Assembly: GCA_022813965.1 (NCBI GenBank)
Contig: JALDZS010000045.1
Location: 62,001 to 126,000, forward strand
DNA length: 64,000 nucleotides
DNA from: Toensbergia leucococca
Taxonomy: Eukaryota
Direction of reading: 5' to 3'
Shown: positions 38,448 to 51,077 of the stretch, piece after piece
Layout: the number at the start of each line of letters is the position of its first letter
Numbering within the stretch: the stretch's first letter is position 1
The notes under the pieces: generated by a model
Told to the model about the DNA's origin: nothing
What the model saw: only the letters and a program-made list of their open reading frames with translations
The model's database searches: none
Translations under genes and position numbers: made by a program

Positions 38448-39425
38448 ATGGTAAGTCCATTCCAATTTCTTCTGTACTCTATCTATGACATCTCGCTCGA
38501 ATCCAAAATCCCCACAATCCCAACAACTCCCGCTCATATCCCCACCTCCATCCCCTCCCGCCAAACCCACAACATCAAAACCCCCAACTAACACAAACCC
38601 CCTTCAACAAGGTCCGCTACGCCGCCACTCAAATCGAAAACTCCAAATCCGCCCGCTCCCGCGGCTCCTACCTCCGCGTCTCCTTCAAAAATACCCGCGA
38701 AACCGCCCAAGCCATCAACGGCTGGAAATTCACCCGCGCAGTCACCTATCTCGAAAATGTGCTCAATCACAAGGAAGCCGTGCCCATGAGACGGTATGCG
38801 GGGAGCACGGGCCGGAGCGCACAAGGTTGGTCTCAATCGGTTCCTTCAATGTGTCTTCTTTTTTGGGAGGAGAAGATGTTTTGTTCGATGATGCGGAATT
38901 GGGATTGGCTGATTCGGAGTGATTGAATAACTAGGCAAACAATTCGGCGTTTCCCGTGCCCGCTGGCCCGTCAAATCCGCCACATTCCTCCTCAGCTTGC
39001 TGAAAAACGCAGAAGCAAACGCCGACACAAAGGGCCTCGACACTAGCAACCTAATCGTCAAGCACATCCAAGTCAACCAAGCCCCCAAGCAGCGTCGACG
39101 AACCTACCGCGCACATGGTCGTGTACATTCTCCACCCTCCACTTCCGTCCCTCATTCCTCATCCGATCGAAATCCCCCCCCAATCAATCGATATCCATTT
39201 CATTTGCGCATTCAAGAAAACAAAAAGTCCATCTCAAGCTGACCCACTCTCGAACATGGATAGATAAATCCCTACATGTCCAACCCGTGCCACATCGAAA
39301 TGATCCTCACCGAAGGCGAAGAAGTCGTCCAAAAGGGCCCCCACATCGCCACCACCGACGACAAAACCCGCCTCAACAGCCGCCAGCGCGGCGCTAGGGT
39401 CAGGAGGGCCATCACCGCTTCTTAG
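38448..39425 (+). CDS. RPL17: 60S ribosomal protein L17 (uL22)
   Basis: ATG-only first exon, then [64 protein letters not shown]. Three introns. Confidence 0.97.
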
Positions 39426-40001
39426 GTTGTTTTCGTGTTGGTGGAGCGAGGGTGACGGGGGAGAGTGACGGGAAAGAGAAGTGGATATTGTTCTACTAGC
39501 GGGGAGGGGGCGGGGTGGTAGCAATATGTCAGATGGAGAAAATGGGGGCGATGTTTTAGCTGCAGAGAGAGAGAAATGTCATAGATACCTGCTCCACCCA
39601 TGCGTAAACCACAAGGAACTTTACTCTCTTGCCTGGCTCACACGGGTTTTAGGATCTTCTTTCACATCCTGGACGCGGGTTAATTCAACTTCCAGAAATG
39701 AAGCTAGGTCATGTACGCAAAGTTTTGTATTGGTTCCGAAACCTACCTATCGCATGTAGGTAATTTAAGATCATCATCATACGCACCACAGCCGCCATTC
39801 ACACAACCACCAATTCTCTCACGCTCTAAATAAAAACCACAAACGCACGGCCAGCAACTCCCCAAATCTTCATCCCGCAAGCTTTTCCGCCATATGACTC
39901 CCCAAAAGCACTACAACCACCAAGCAACGACCCTTTCCTCGTCACCTCCCTCACAATAATAGCCACCAACCAACCCAAACCCTCTTCTACACTCCCCTAA
40001 T

Positions 40002-43000
40002 TCAATCCTCAGCCCTCTCCACGACCCCCGAGAACCGCCCACTTCCTCCAGCTAGCTGCCCATCCTCCCTACTCTCATGCTTCTTGAACTCATTTTCCCA
40101 CCCCACCTCCATCCCAAATCCGTGAACAAGTACATCCTCCTCCTCAGTCACAAGCCCGGGGACGATGCTTCCAAGTAGCGGATCACGCCCCGCATCCATC
40201 ATGACGGGCCCCGTGTCCGAGAAGCGCTTTTCAAGATACGTCACTGGAGGGATTTGGATGGTTTTGGGGAGGGGATCTTGATCCAAGTTGTGCATGTTGT
40301 TTAAGCGGACATGACCGCATGAGATGAACTCGACGCGACGAAGCGAGCCGGATGATGAGCGTTTGGCGGGTAAAGGACCGCGGCCGTATACGTGATGACG
40401 TTTGTGTTCGAGTGAATCGCCTGGAGTGATGGCGTTAATCACATCGCCCCAGGATTCTCGACGCACAGGGAGACTGTCAACCCATGCCCCAGCAAGAATC
40501 GGCGTAGCGGGAGGAGGGGGGTTGTGAGCAGGAAAAGGTTGATTGTGGGGGGCGGCATTGGCGTTCATTATGAAGTGCGCTGCCCCAAGAGTTGGGGGAT
40601 TGACACCAGGATTGGTTTGGTAGTTAGGGGCTGGAACGGCAACAGGGGCAGGAAGAGCTTGTTGAGGCATCACTCCACCGTTGCCCCCATGTGCTGCTGG
40701 AGCACGTGTAATATTTGAGTGTGCCGTTAGAGAAACAGACTCCAATTTCAAAGACTGCAGCTGATGAAGTTGGTTTACGGAGATGAAAGACTTGAGAGAA
40801 CCAGGCGTCATCCAGCAGTTGGTAATGGTAAGCTTCTCAACATATGGCAGATTGAGACAGCTGCACGGAAAAGCCGAGAAAACTTGATCGCGATGGTTGA
40901 AGATAGGAGCCGGAAGTACATGTCTATTGCGAGCCCATAGACCCGTAGCATGTTCTCCTCCACCAACATAGCCGATGGTCAATGTCTTGATGCGCTCAGT
41001 AGCCGCTATACAAAATGCGAGGAGATTATAGAATTTTGGCGTAGTATTAGAAGGGAAAAGGTTCGTCGTCGTCACGAGACCGCTAGCTTGCTTTTCGACG
41101 TCACGCCAATCAGGGGCTACCAATACTGTCAGTGTATTGAGATTCGGAAGTGCACTCCATATGTCTTGTTGCTGCAATGTGCCCAGAAATCGGCTCGATA
41201 ACTTCGCAATAGTGAAGGTGCGCACGTTCTGAAAAGTGGACGAGTTGTCCATTATCGCCAAGCAATAGCTCAAGAGGAAGGAATTCTGCGCCCATTCTGT
41301 CTCCAGCAGCCACTCCTTTTGCGCCGAAGTCAGGCTGTTAGGCGACAAGCGATGGTGTGGAAAGCCGCTTGCATGAACTGGAGTAGATGAACGTCTAAGC
41401 TGTAAGGTATTCTCGATATTGATATCTTCAAAGTCAATAGGTGGGGCTGTGTGATCTCTATCCCTATCTGCAGGATGAGCTCCAGGACTCAAAGCTAGTG
41501 GACATGCCCCTAATTGATGAACAATTCGGGATCGTAAAAGATACATGCTTTGATCCTGGTCGAGACGGTGCAATTGGCCTCCTGACGATAAAAGATCGTT
41601 GATAGCTGCGTCTAATTCTTCATCATCGCTTGATCCCAACGTCGGACTTGTCACCGCCTTCCAGGCATCCATCTTCGATTGTATGCCGCTATCTTGGTGA
41701 GTCTGCTTTGTACCGAATATCTTCGATTTCCTCTTGAATAATTGAGTCCGGTCAGAAACGTCAGGTCCACTTAGCCAGCCCAAACCAGAATCAATTGACA
41801 GGCCTAGTTCAGTGGCCTCGCAAAGATATGAAAGTGCCTCTGCCATGCGTCCCGTCTCGTCTGCTTTCTTTTCGAGACCAGCGCAACGTTCGTAACGGCT
41901 GTAGTGTGGAAATGGCCATTTCGAAGTCCCCCAGAATCGACGACGACAATCAAAGCGGCCCTTCGCGGGTAGAGTAGATAAGGTATCTACCGCAAGTTAG
42001 TAAAAGTGTCACTATTAGGTAGATGAGTGCAGTTATGTCGAACTGATAGCGGATGATGGGGTGTGATAGCGGCGTGCAAGGTGAGAAGTAGTGGAAGTTA
42101 CGTACCCTCGTCAGTCTCGAAGCTCATCCCGAAATGCCGGACTAGCGGGCCTATTTTCTCGAACATTCGCATCCCATCATGGCCATTGTTGCCCTGAGTC
42201 TTACCAGCCAGTTCGCCTATAGCGCAATCAATCCCGGCTTCCTCTGATTCTGAGGCTTTGGCCTTTCCCTTGGCGTTCTGTTTGCCTCGTGGCATAGTCT
42301 TTGTAGCGGAATCGCCAACCAGAATATGGTAGATTTCGGGGCTGAATACCACCACGACTGATTCAAAAGCGGCATGATCCACACGCGCACAGAATTCCTT
42401 GTTCACTAGACGCATGTTCAAAATGCTCTCTCGTGGGAGTTCATCTGTAATGTATTTCCACAACTCATTCGGTATCTTAAATGGAGTATAGCCTTTACCA
42501 GACGGTCCAAGCGGCAAATGATGGTGGATTGAATGGATAGGGGCGATGGTAGGGTATTGTGCATGGCCATTGAAAGCAAACTGCTTATGACAGTAGTCGA
42601 CAGACTTGCCGTAAAATTCTCGAGGAGGCTGTCCGGGTGCCATGGCGATACAAGTTGGAAGGTACGGTGCTTCGGACCGAAGGATGTGGAGTATATCAAG
42701 ACGTTTGTTTGCACTGAAGCTACGAGGTAGCAGCTGTGATAGGAAAACCTTCGAAATAGACTCAAGTGCAGAAGATGCTCGTGATGTTATGAGAGGTTGG
42801 TAGTCGGCCGAGCTGTGTGAATCATTGTCGTATAGTAACTTCCACAGCCTAGTCTCAGTGTCGATATAAGGACCACGCTCCGAATTCAACAACCTTCCTA
42901 CTGCATCAGACAGCGATAGAATTGTATCAGATGATGATGATGCACTGGATCTACTGCGGTTTCTGCGAGAGGCTGCTGGCTCGTAAGGAGATTTGCGGAT

Positions 43001-43561
43001 GGCTCGTTGTACTTGAGGTGTGGGAGACTTGGTGGCAAGACATCTTCTCTTACGTGGCGACGTTAACAGACTTGCACCCCGTTGGCCACACCAGTGCGGA
43101 CGAGGTCTTAGTGTATGCTGCCGTCCATCATTGTGAGTGGATTTCTCTGCTATCTCAGAGTCCCAAAGTAATTGTTCGAGATCAGTCAGTTCAGGTTGCT
43201 GCCGCGAACTTTGGGATCGTCCTTGCCGCGGCAGCGAATCATCCGAAAGGGGATACTCAAGAGGAATCTGCGGCCTAGACCTCCACACGAATCTAGCCGC
43301 GCCTCCTTTTGAATGAGGTTGCCTTCCACCTGAATAAAACTCCTCCGTGGTAGAAAAGAATTCTCCATCCTGCGATACATTTGTATTTTCCGCCGTATCT
43401 CCCGGCGTTCGTGCCCAGTCTTTGGGAAGGACGGCCCCATCCTGCATTCTATTGGAAGACATACCATTGCCGGCTGTACCAATAGACATGGTATTCTCCA
43501 TGGCATCTTCCCATATGGGCTCACCACTCTCCATGCGTGGTCTCCGCACTTTACGCACCAT
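40002..43561 (-). CDS. F-box domain protein, 2 exons (start uncertain)
   Basis: F-box-like IPNELWKYITDELPRESILNMRLVNKEF. One intron joins FETDE|D..FWG..WP...Y.RY..AGLEKKADE to the ORF LGLSIDSGLGWL.GPD..GGGEHA.G..ARN..C-terminal GRFSG. Confidence 0.8.
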
Positions 43562-45192
43562 TCTCCGCTACCCACAGGCTTACAGGCAGAGCTTCAGGGA
43601 ATATCAAATATCACTGTGGCGTGTCTCAAGCCTGGCTCAAAGTGAAGAGGTCGGTGGGGATTTAGTTGAATAGGCCTCGTTTCCCGTCGTCGCTGGAGAA
43701 CAGGCCGACCCACTATCCAAGCTAGGAACTATCACACCGGAGCCTCTTCAAACAAGGTTTTCTACCGAGGCCCTTGGATCAATCTTGGGCGAGTTTTGCG
43801 AGGCTTCTGACACGGCTTCCTAGCCTCAACTATGTCGAGATCCTCTTCCTCTTACTCTCACGCTTCAATACCTTGGAGCCACGAGATTACCATTCTCTGG
43901 ATTGTTCGAAACTGGTATCACAAGGTGGATCCGGCGGCGTTGTCCTTATCTTCTATTTCTCGATACTCTCATTTGAGACGTAGCTATCAAGCGTGGTGGT
44001 CCGGCAGGCAGAAGGGGCTCAAGCTTCCGAAGTGACTTTAATGCTGTTGACTGCTTACGGTGCAGATGCTTTAGGTTGGTGTCATCACACTTAACTTGGC
44101 AGATTGCATGAAGAGAGCTGAAGACTGAAATATGGTCAATTCATCATCACGAAGCTGGTGTGTTGAAGTGGGATGAGCAGGTGCAGATTGAGGATGAAGA
44201 TTGTGTTCATCAGAGCTTCAAAACTCGCTGCCTTTCTCACTGTGTGCATTTACTATTCTACGGTGGACGACAGCCTGATTCGTGCAAGTATGACGAAGGT
44301 CCGTGCAGAAATGTCACTACACCACCACTCCCACTATTCCCATGTGCAAAGGTAGTCCCTACCTATTCTCCTGGTCTCATTTTCTCCTACTCTTCCCTAC
44401 CTTGGGGTGAAGGATACAGAGGAGCAATCTCCAAAGCCGGTTCAGAACTGGAGAGAGACTAGCAACTGTACCTGTGACAAATCTAAGGCTTCTCATGTCG
44501 ACTGCGTACTCTTAGACATGCACTACAGTCATGGCCCCAAATCTGAATCCATTTCCATAAATTCTAGACTCGGCATATATCAGATAATCCTAGCCTGCAA
44601 AAAAGCTATCCCTAATATCTGGCAAAGAACGTGAGTCTCCTGGGGCAGGTTCTTAGTATTCTAAGGTATGGGTAATTTGAAACACATTTGTGTTGGAGGC
44701 ACCAGACTTCAGTAAACTCGTTAAAACCTGGATCCACGGTGAGGGCAACCAGCTGCAAGAAATATAGCGAGGCCAAAGGCCAAGCCCAATATCGACGTCA
44801 GGCGGTACAGAGTAATCAAAATAGGTGGTAAGGTGAAAGGTAGCCTTCAAGTTGTTGAGAATGGAGAAAGGAGAGCGACCTGTGATGTTGAGTCAATCGG
44901 CCGAGATCAGGAGACACATAAGGTAATATTCATGGTATTAGATCATGTTGTTCATTCTACTTGAAATATTACATAATTAGTGGTATTCTACTTAATGCCA
45001 CAGGCAATCTAAGGTACGAGTATAATTCAAACGCCACCTTGGGATCAACTGGGTCACGGGTGGTGTGCTTGTCAGCCTCAGTCTCGTTCCCATCCCGGTC
45101 GCTTCATCTACAACTCCCCTCTACACAAGGTCAATTAAGCTATTTGATGCCTCTCACGCTATCCGAGTTATCCAAATTACCCCTCCGACTCC

Positions 45193-48100
45193 ATGTCCTT
45201 TGGCTGGTCTGTCGGCGACATCGTCAAGGCCATCGAAACTATAGTAAAGGTTAGCAAGGGTCTCAAGGAAAGCTCAGGTGCCTCGTCACAATATCGAGAC
45301 TCTGTTGCCTTCCTAGATGGACTGAATATTACCACAAGCCGGCTCAAGGAATACCTTCAGTCCACTCCGGCTGACAACAATGACCTTAGAGAACAAATCG
45401 AAATCTTAAAGGGTCCCGTCGCCAAATTCGAGAACAAAGTCAAGAGATTCGAGACATCACTTGATAAGAAGCCGAAGTCTTTCCGCGATGCATTACGGAA
45501 GACGCCGAGGAAGGTGCAATGGACTCTGCTCTTGGACAGCATCATTGAATTGAGGGATGCTATTTCCGGCCCCCAACATGTACTCAATACTTTGTTGCAT
45601 GTACGGCTCCTTGAGACTACTGATGCCCTTACTGCCACCTTAGCCAGGGTCGACGTGGCTGTTTCTCGCTCTTTACCAACGCAGATCGAGAACATCCAGA
45701 CCAATTTGTCCAGCATGTCAGGCCCCGCATCAGTGTTACAGAAGCCAGTCTTCATGGTCCCCTTTCTTCGGGACAGCGACTTCGTTGGTCGTGAAGATGT
45801 GATTGCGAACCTTGATGTAATATTTGCATCCAGTGATCGAAGACGAGCTGCATTGGTCGGATTAGGTGGCGTTGGGTAGGTTCAGATGTTGTAAAATACT
45901 TGCCCAAATCTATCATCAACTAATGGAATATAAAAGTAAGTCGCAGATTGCCATCGAGTATAGTTACAGACTCAGAGATAGGTCTCCTGGCACCTGGATA
46001 TTTTGGGTCCACGCGAGCAATATTACCAGATTTGAGCAAGATTATAGAAACATAGCGAACACGCTGAACCTTCCAGGACGAGAGGAACCCAACGTAGACA
46101 CTCTTCTCCTGGTTTCAACCTGGCTCAAGTGTAAAGAAAATGGCCCATGGCTCATGTTGATTGATAACGCCGATGAACATGATGTCTTCTTTCACAGCCC
46201 AAATGATCGCCTCTCTCCTGACAAATCATCCGCCAATGTAACTAAGAGTCTATCAGCCTTGCTACCTCAAGCTTCCCATGGCTTGTACTTGATCACTTCT
46301 CGAAGTCGTACATTGGCGCACAAGCTGGTTGGGACTGAAAGAAGTATGATCGACATCCAGCCTATGGACGAAGAGACGTCGCTAGATATGCTACGGCTGA
46401 AAGTAGCCGAGCATCAATGGCATAGTCACGATGCAAGAGACTTGGTCCGGGCACTGGAACGTTTTCCGCTAGCGATAAGTCAGGCAGGGGCATACATCAA
46501 CTCAAGGGCTACAAGGTTGACGATCTCAAAATACCTGGATCTTTTCGAATGCGAGCTGTATCAAGTGAGGCTCCTCGAAGAAGATAGTGGAGACCTGAGA
46601 CGGGACTCCAGCGTACCGAATGCCGTTCTTGCAACCTGGCAGATCTCCTTTGACAAACTCAAGCGTGAAAATGCTCACGCTGCCGAGTTACTGTCACTCA
46701 TGAGCGTACTTGACAGGCAGAGTGTACCCGAACACCTGCTTATCCACGAATTCAAGGATGATCTAGCGTTCGAAGACGCGCTGGGTTCTTTGATTGACTT
46801 ATCCTTGGTCGAGACTAGGGTTGATGGAGTGTCGTTTAGCATGCACCGGCTCGTACAACTATCAATGAAGAGATGGTTGGGGTTGCGATACGAGTTGGAT
46901 GTATGGACAGAGAGAGCTTTAGCTCTTGTGTTGGAAGAATTCTCAGAAGACATGACAGGATATCCGGCCAAATATGAGATCCTTTTGCCACATGCTCAGG
47001 TCATTCGAGACTATGTTTACACCGACGAGGGTCCACGTTTGGATCAAGCTAGGCTCTTGGGCGATATGTCATGGTATCTTGTACAGTGTGGGAAACGACT
47101 CGACGAGGCACTCAGACTGAACGAAGAAGCCTTTCAAATACAATCTGAACTGAAGGGAGTGGAAGATGGTAGGAGCCTCGAGCTTCTCGGGCTGAAGTCT
47201 AGAATTTTGGATCGGCAGGGAAATTTGAAAGAGTCAGAAATCCTTGCAAAACAAGTGGTAGAGATGCACGAACGCGTACTGGGGACGATGAAACTTCAAA
47301 CCCTTGTCCAAACAAGCAACCTCGGAAAAATACTTCAGCGACAGGGGAGAAACAATGAGGTGGAACGATTGTATCTCAAGGTCATTGCAACGCTTGATAC
47401 TTTGGCAGCCAAAGGACTACTTGATGAGATGGAGTCAACAGAAGTCAGCCGTCTCAAGAGTCAGTGCATAAGGAACTTGGGGACACATTACTACAGCCAA
47501 GGGAGACTCACCGAAGCCGAAGAGCTATGGCTGCCAGCGCTGAGGTCTAACATGTCGAATTTGGGAGCTGAGCATTGTCAAACGCTAGCCAGTATGTATG
47601 ATCTAGCAATGTTGTATTGGCGACAAGGTAATTTGAAAGATGCAAGAGATATCAATCGAGTCCTACTCGAGACAAGGAGAAGAGTGCTTGGGGATAATCA
47701 CCATGATACATTATATGCTTGGAGTCAGAAACTTTTGATCCTAGTAGATGAAGAAAATCTCGGAGAAGCAGAGCAATTGGGATCACAAATCCTAAGGCGA
47801 AGCCAGGAGGCAAGAGGTCCAGTGCATCCAAAGACGATGAACTGTATGTTTCATTTGAGTATTGTTTATAGCAGGCAAGGACGCTTCAAAGAAGCAGAGG
47901 AGCTGAAATTGCAGGTCTCGTATATCCGAAACCAGGTACTGGGCGAGTCTAATGTGGACGCCCTGATGGTTGAAGTAGAACTGGCCAGATTCTATTTCCA
48001 GCATCAAAGACTAGAGGAAGCAGAGAAGCTTTGCCTTCAAGCGATCAAGAGACTCGAGAAGGTCCTGGGCGAGGGATGTATGAATACCCTGATGAGTCAA

Positions 48101-48718
48101 CACTTGATGGTCCTGATATACATGAAGCAAGGAAGATTCAAAGAAGCAGAGCATCTCTGTCGTCAAGTGATTGAGGAGAGCACCAGCCTTCTCAGTGAAG
48201 AGCATCTTGTTTCCCTGATGAGTAAAAAGTCGATGGCGGAAATATACATGAAACAAGAAAGATTGGAAGAGGCGGAACAGCTTTGCCTGAAAGTGGTTGC
48301 GGGAACGACAAGGTCGCAAGGTAAAGAGCCCTCTTTTGAACTTGTTGATGCACCAGTCGCAGCAATGAGAATATGAGACTACCTTACCTAGATCGGTGCA
48401 TTTTCGTGTTGTTGATACAAAGACGGGAACGCTTTAATAAATCCCTGTCACTTCGGATTGTTAATTGTTTTGGATGGTGGCTGGTTAATCCCGCGCATAT
48501 TTACAGTTTCCATGCTGATATGTTGGTGCTGATCAGGAGAACATCATTACGAAACGCTACAGTCTCATGACTTGCTCGCACAGATTCGTAAAACACAGAG
48601 CGAGTCGGCCAAACAAACACAAACGGCAATGCCGGAGGATGAGGATATCTTGAAGAATAAACATGTGCTGAGTATCGATATCAGAGAGATTCAAAGCCCA
48701 GAGGAACTTCGGGTTTGA
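45193..48718 (+). CDS. Fungal NLR (STAND): HeLo-like N-terminal domain + NB-ARC + TPR repeats, 3 exons
   Basis: MSFGWSVGDI N-terminus, P-loop GLGGVG|KSQIA split by an intron, WIFWVHAS, Walker B LMLIDNAD, ITSRS, FPLAISQAGAY, MHRLVQ, and 42-aa TPR units. Intron 48321-48536 adds a final TPR exon. Confidence 0.92.
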
Positions 48719-48935
48719 TCTCTATGGGCGGAAGGGGTGAAGAAGACTTTTGCCATTCGCTTTTGTACATCTTGATACGCCTCGCTGGATGGGGATTACA
48801 GGTTGCCTTCGAAAGGGGCACAAACATGAATCAGACTTTTGAATAGGGCCGCCGACTGCGAAAGCCCATACCGAAACACGCCAAGATCGATTCATAGCTT
48901 CCAACCTCGCAAGCTTCTAGAAAGAACAACTACAC

Positions 48936-50204
48936 TTACCTTTCCGCATTGTCGATCGTATTATCCGCCAAACCCCGAAGTTGCTGCACCCCCTTGTGCA
49001 AAATCTGCAGAATTTCGTCGTTAGTGTCGTACGTTTCGCGTTGGAAGCTCAAGGCTGTCTGCAATAGGTTTTCTATAATCTGCTCAACCTGAGCAAGCGC
49101 CTCCGCGGCGATCTTGAATGCCTCCTCACCAGACTCCCCACCCATGTCCGCCAACTTCCTCAATTCCTCGACTGTTAATTTAATCTCATCGGCTCCAGGA
49201 AAGCCTTTCATGACCGCCTCCAAGTGTCCACCTTTGGACTTGGCGTTATCGACAGCGGATTTGACGTAGGATTCTAGAGAATCCGTGTTGCCGGATTGAA
49301 TAGTGTCTTTGACTTTGGCCAGGAGCTCGGTGGCGTTTCCTTGTTTGAGCGAATCGGCGTTTTTCTCGATCATTTCTTTGACTTTGGGAAATTTTTCAAG
49401 GTACGGTTTGGCTTGCTCCATGCCCTTTGTCCAGGCATCATCGCCCATCTTCTTCACTAGGTCCATTTTTTCTTGCACTACAGAACGAATCTTGGAAGCT
49501 GTATCGATGCTGATGCCTCCCTTGATGATATCCTGGATTTGAGTCCATGTCTGGTCGACCTGATTTTTGGCTTCGGGGCCGTACATGTCGCCCATTTCTT
49601 TCAGTCGGTCGAGATTCCCTCCTACCTGCTCCTTGATAGCTGGATGATTGTTGAGGATGTCCGAGGTGGCGTCTCCAGCCAGATCACCAATAGCCTTGAG
49701 ATGTTTTTGTAGGATTGCCCAGGCTTTTTGCGCCACCTCTAAACTCATGCCTTGCTGCGTAACATCCTTCAATTCGTTGTAAGCCTCCTTGACAATCCCA
49801 TCCACCTTATCCCCCTGTTTGCTCCGTATGGCATCCAAATCATTGAAGGCAGCATCCACGTACCCTTTCGCACCTGGTACGAAAGCAGCGTAGGTCTGCG
49901 CATTCTGCCGCAGCCATTGCAAGGCGTCGTTTGGTTCGGGCGCGGCGCTTTGCAGTTGTTTCGTGGCGCTCTCGAAGGCGGATTTGGCTTGGTGAGCGGA
50001 GCCCACGAGGCTTTTGGCTCCGGAGAAATGATACCATGCGTAGCCGCCGATGAAGGTGATGGCTCCGCCGGTGAGGCCGCCGATGATGGCTGGTGAGAAG
50101 GGGGTGGATTGGGGAGGGGTGGTTGAGTAGGTGCGTTTGGGGTGGAAGGTGGGGCGGGGACGGATGAGGCGGGAGAGTCGGAGGGGGGCTCTTGAGGTGG
50201 ACAT
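48936..50204 (-). CDS. Amphipathic helical (apolipoprotein/LEA-like) protein with probable mitochondrial presequence and one TM helix
   Basis: MSTSRAPLRLSRLIRPRPTFHPKRTYST (Arg-rich, acid-free), TM GGLTGGAITFIGGYAWYHFSG, then a long helical K/D/E/Q region. Confidence 0.8.
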   Translation of the reverse strand: MSTSRAPLRLSRLIRPRPTFHPKRTYSTTPPQSTPFSPAIIGGLTGGAITFIGGYAWYHFSGAKSLVGSAHQAKSAFESATKQLQSAAPEPNDALQWLRQNAQTYAAFVPGAKGYVDAAFNDLDAIRSKQGDKVDGIVKEAYNELKDVTQQGMSLEVAQKAWAILQKHLKAIGDLAGDATSDILNNHPAIKEQVGGNLDRLKEMGDMYGPEAKNQVDQTWTQIQDIIKGGISIDTASKIRSVVQEKMDLVKKMGDDAWTKGMEQAKPYLEKFPKVKEMIEKNADSLKQGNATELLAKVKDTIQSGNTDSLESYVKSAVDNAKSKGGHLEAVMKGFPGADEIKLTVEELRKLADMGGESGEEAFKIAAEALAQVEQIIENLLQTALSFQRETYDTNDEILQILHKGVQQLRGLADNTIDNAER

Positions 50205-51077
50205 TGGGGTTGTAATACTGGATGGGGACGAGGTGGGTTGTTTATTGGGAGAGGATTTGGAGGTTGATGTCTGAATAAGGAAAGGTTGAAGGGAATGAAC
50301 GGCAAGGGTTGGATGGAAGATGGCAATGACGTCGCTCTCGGTTTCCTGGCTGGAGATCCTTAGCGTTCTTTTAGAGGCTTGAATGTCCGGACCTCGCCCC
50401 GGCCAAACCCTCCAGCCGGCCACTTATAGGGCTGACCCGCAAATTTTCACTTGAGCGGCGCTAGACGGTAATAGAAAATAGATTTCTGGCCTAGCCCAAT
50501 AAGGCTGGCCGGTTGGGGGCGTGGGGGGGAACTTTTGTACGCAGTTCTGTGACACTCTGACACTGGCCGCATTTCTAGCAGCGGGAGGTCTCGATCAAAG
50601 TGGGATCTATGTATTTTATGTATTTTACTTTGTATGGATTCCATCTCATCTCGTCATCGACGACGACGGGGCTTCCATTGGAGTTCATGTTCATATTGCT
50701 GGAAGGCTGCATTTGCTTGCTAATGGTACGAACATAATCATGGTCTTGGGCTTAGAAAGGCGGGGTCAATGTGCTTGACCCAGAAGCAGTAGGTGGTACA
50801 ATTTGGTACCTGCAGCTTGGGTAGCTGGCCTCGCTGGCTATGCCATGGACGTATCATACCGCTCTTCTGCTAATCTCGCAGGCTCCAAATGCAGTCTATC
50901 TGCAGCCTTCCTCGTATGTTCACATGATACTACAGCTCTACGAGCGTCTTGACAATCATACAAAGGCCGCCTCCTTACTATGTTTCTGCATTTTGCTTCT
51001 CATTGATACCAACCATCCTCCACCACCTCATTGTCAGCTACATCAGATTGATCATTTGACCATTTGCCATAATCCAA

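Noticed and set aside
48720..50204. Amyloid-signalling partner of the adjacent NLR
   Set aside because: The neighbour is a helical mitochondrial-type protein, and no G/N/Q-rich amyloid motif was seen in either gene
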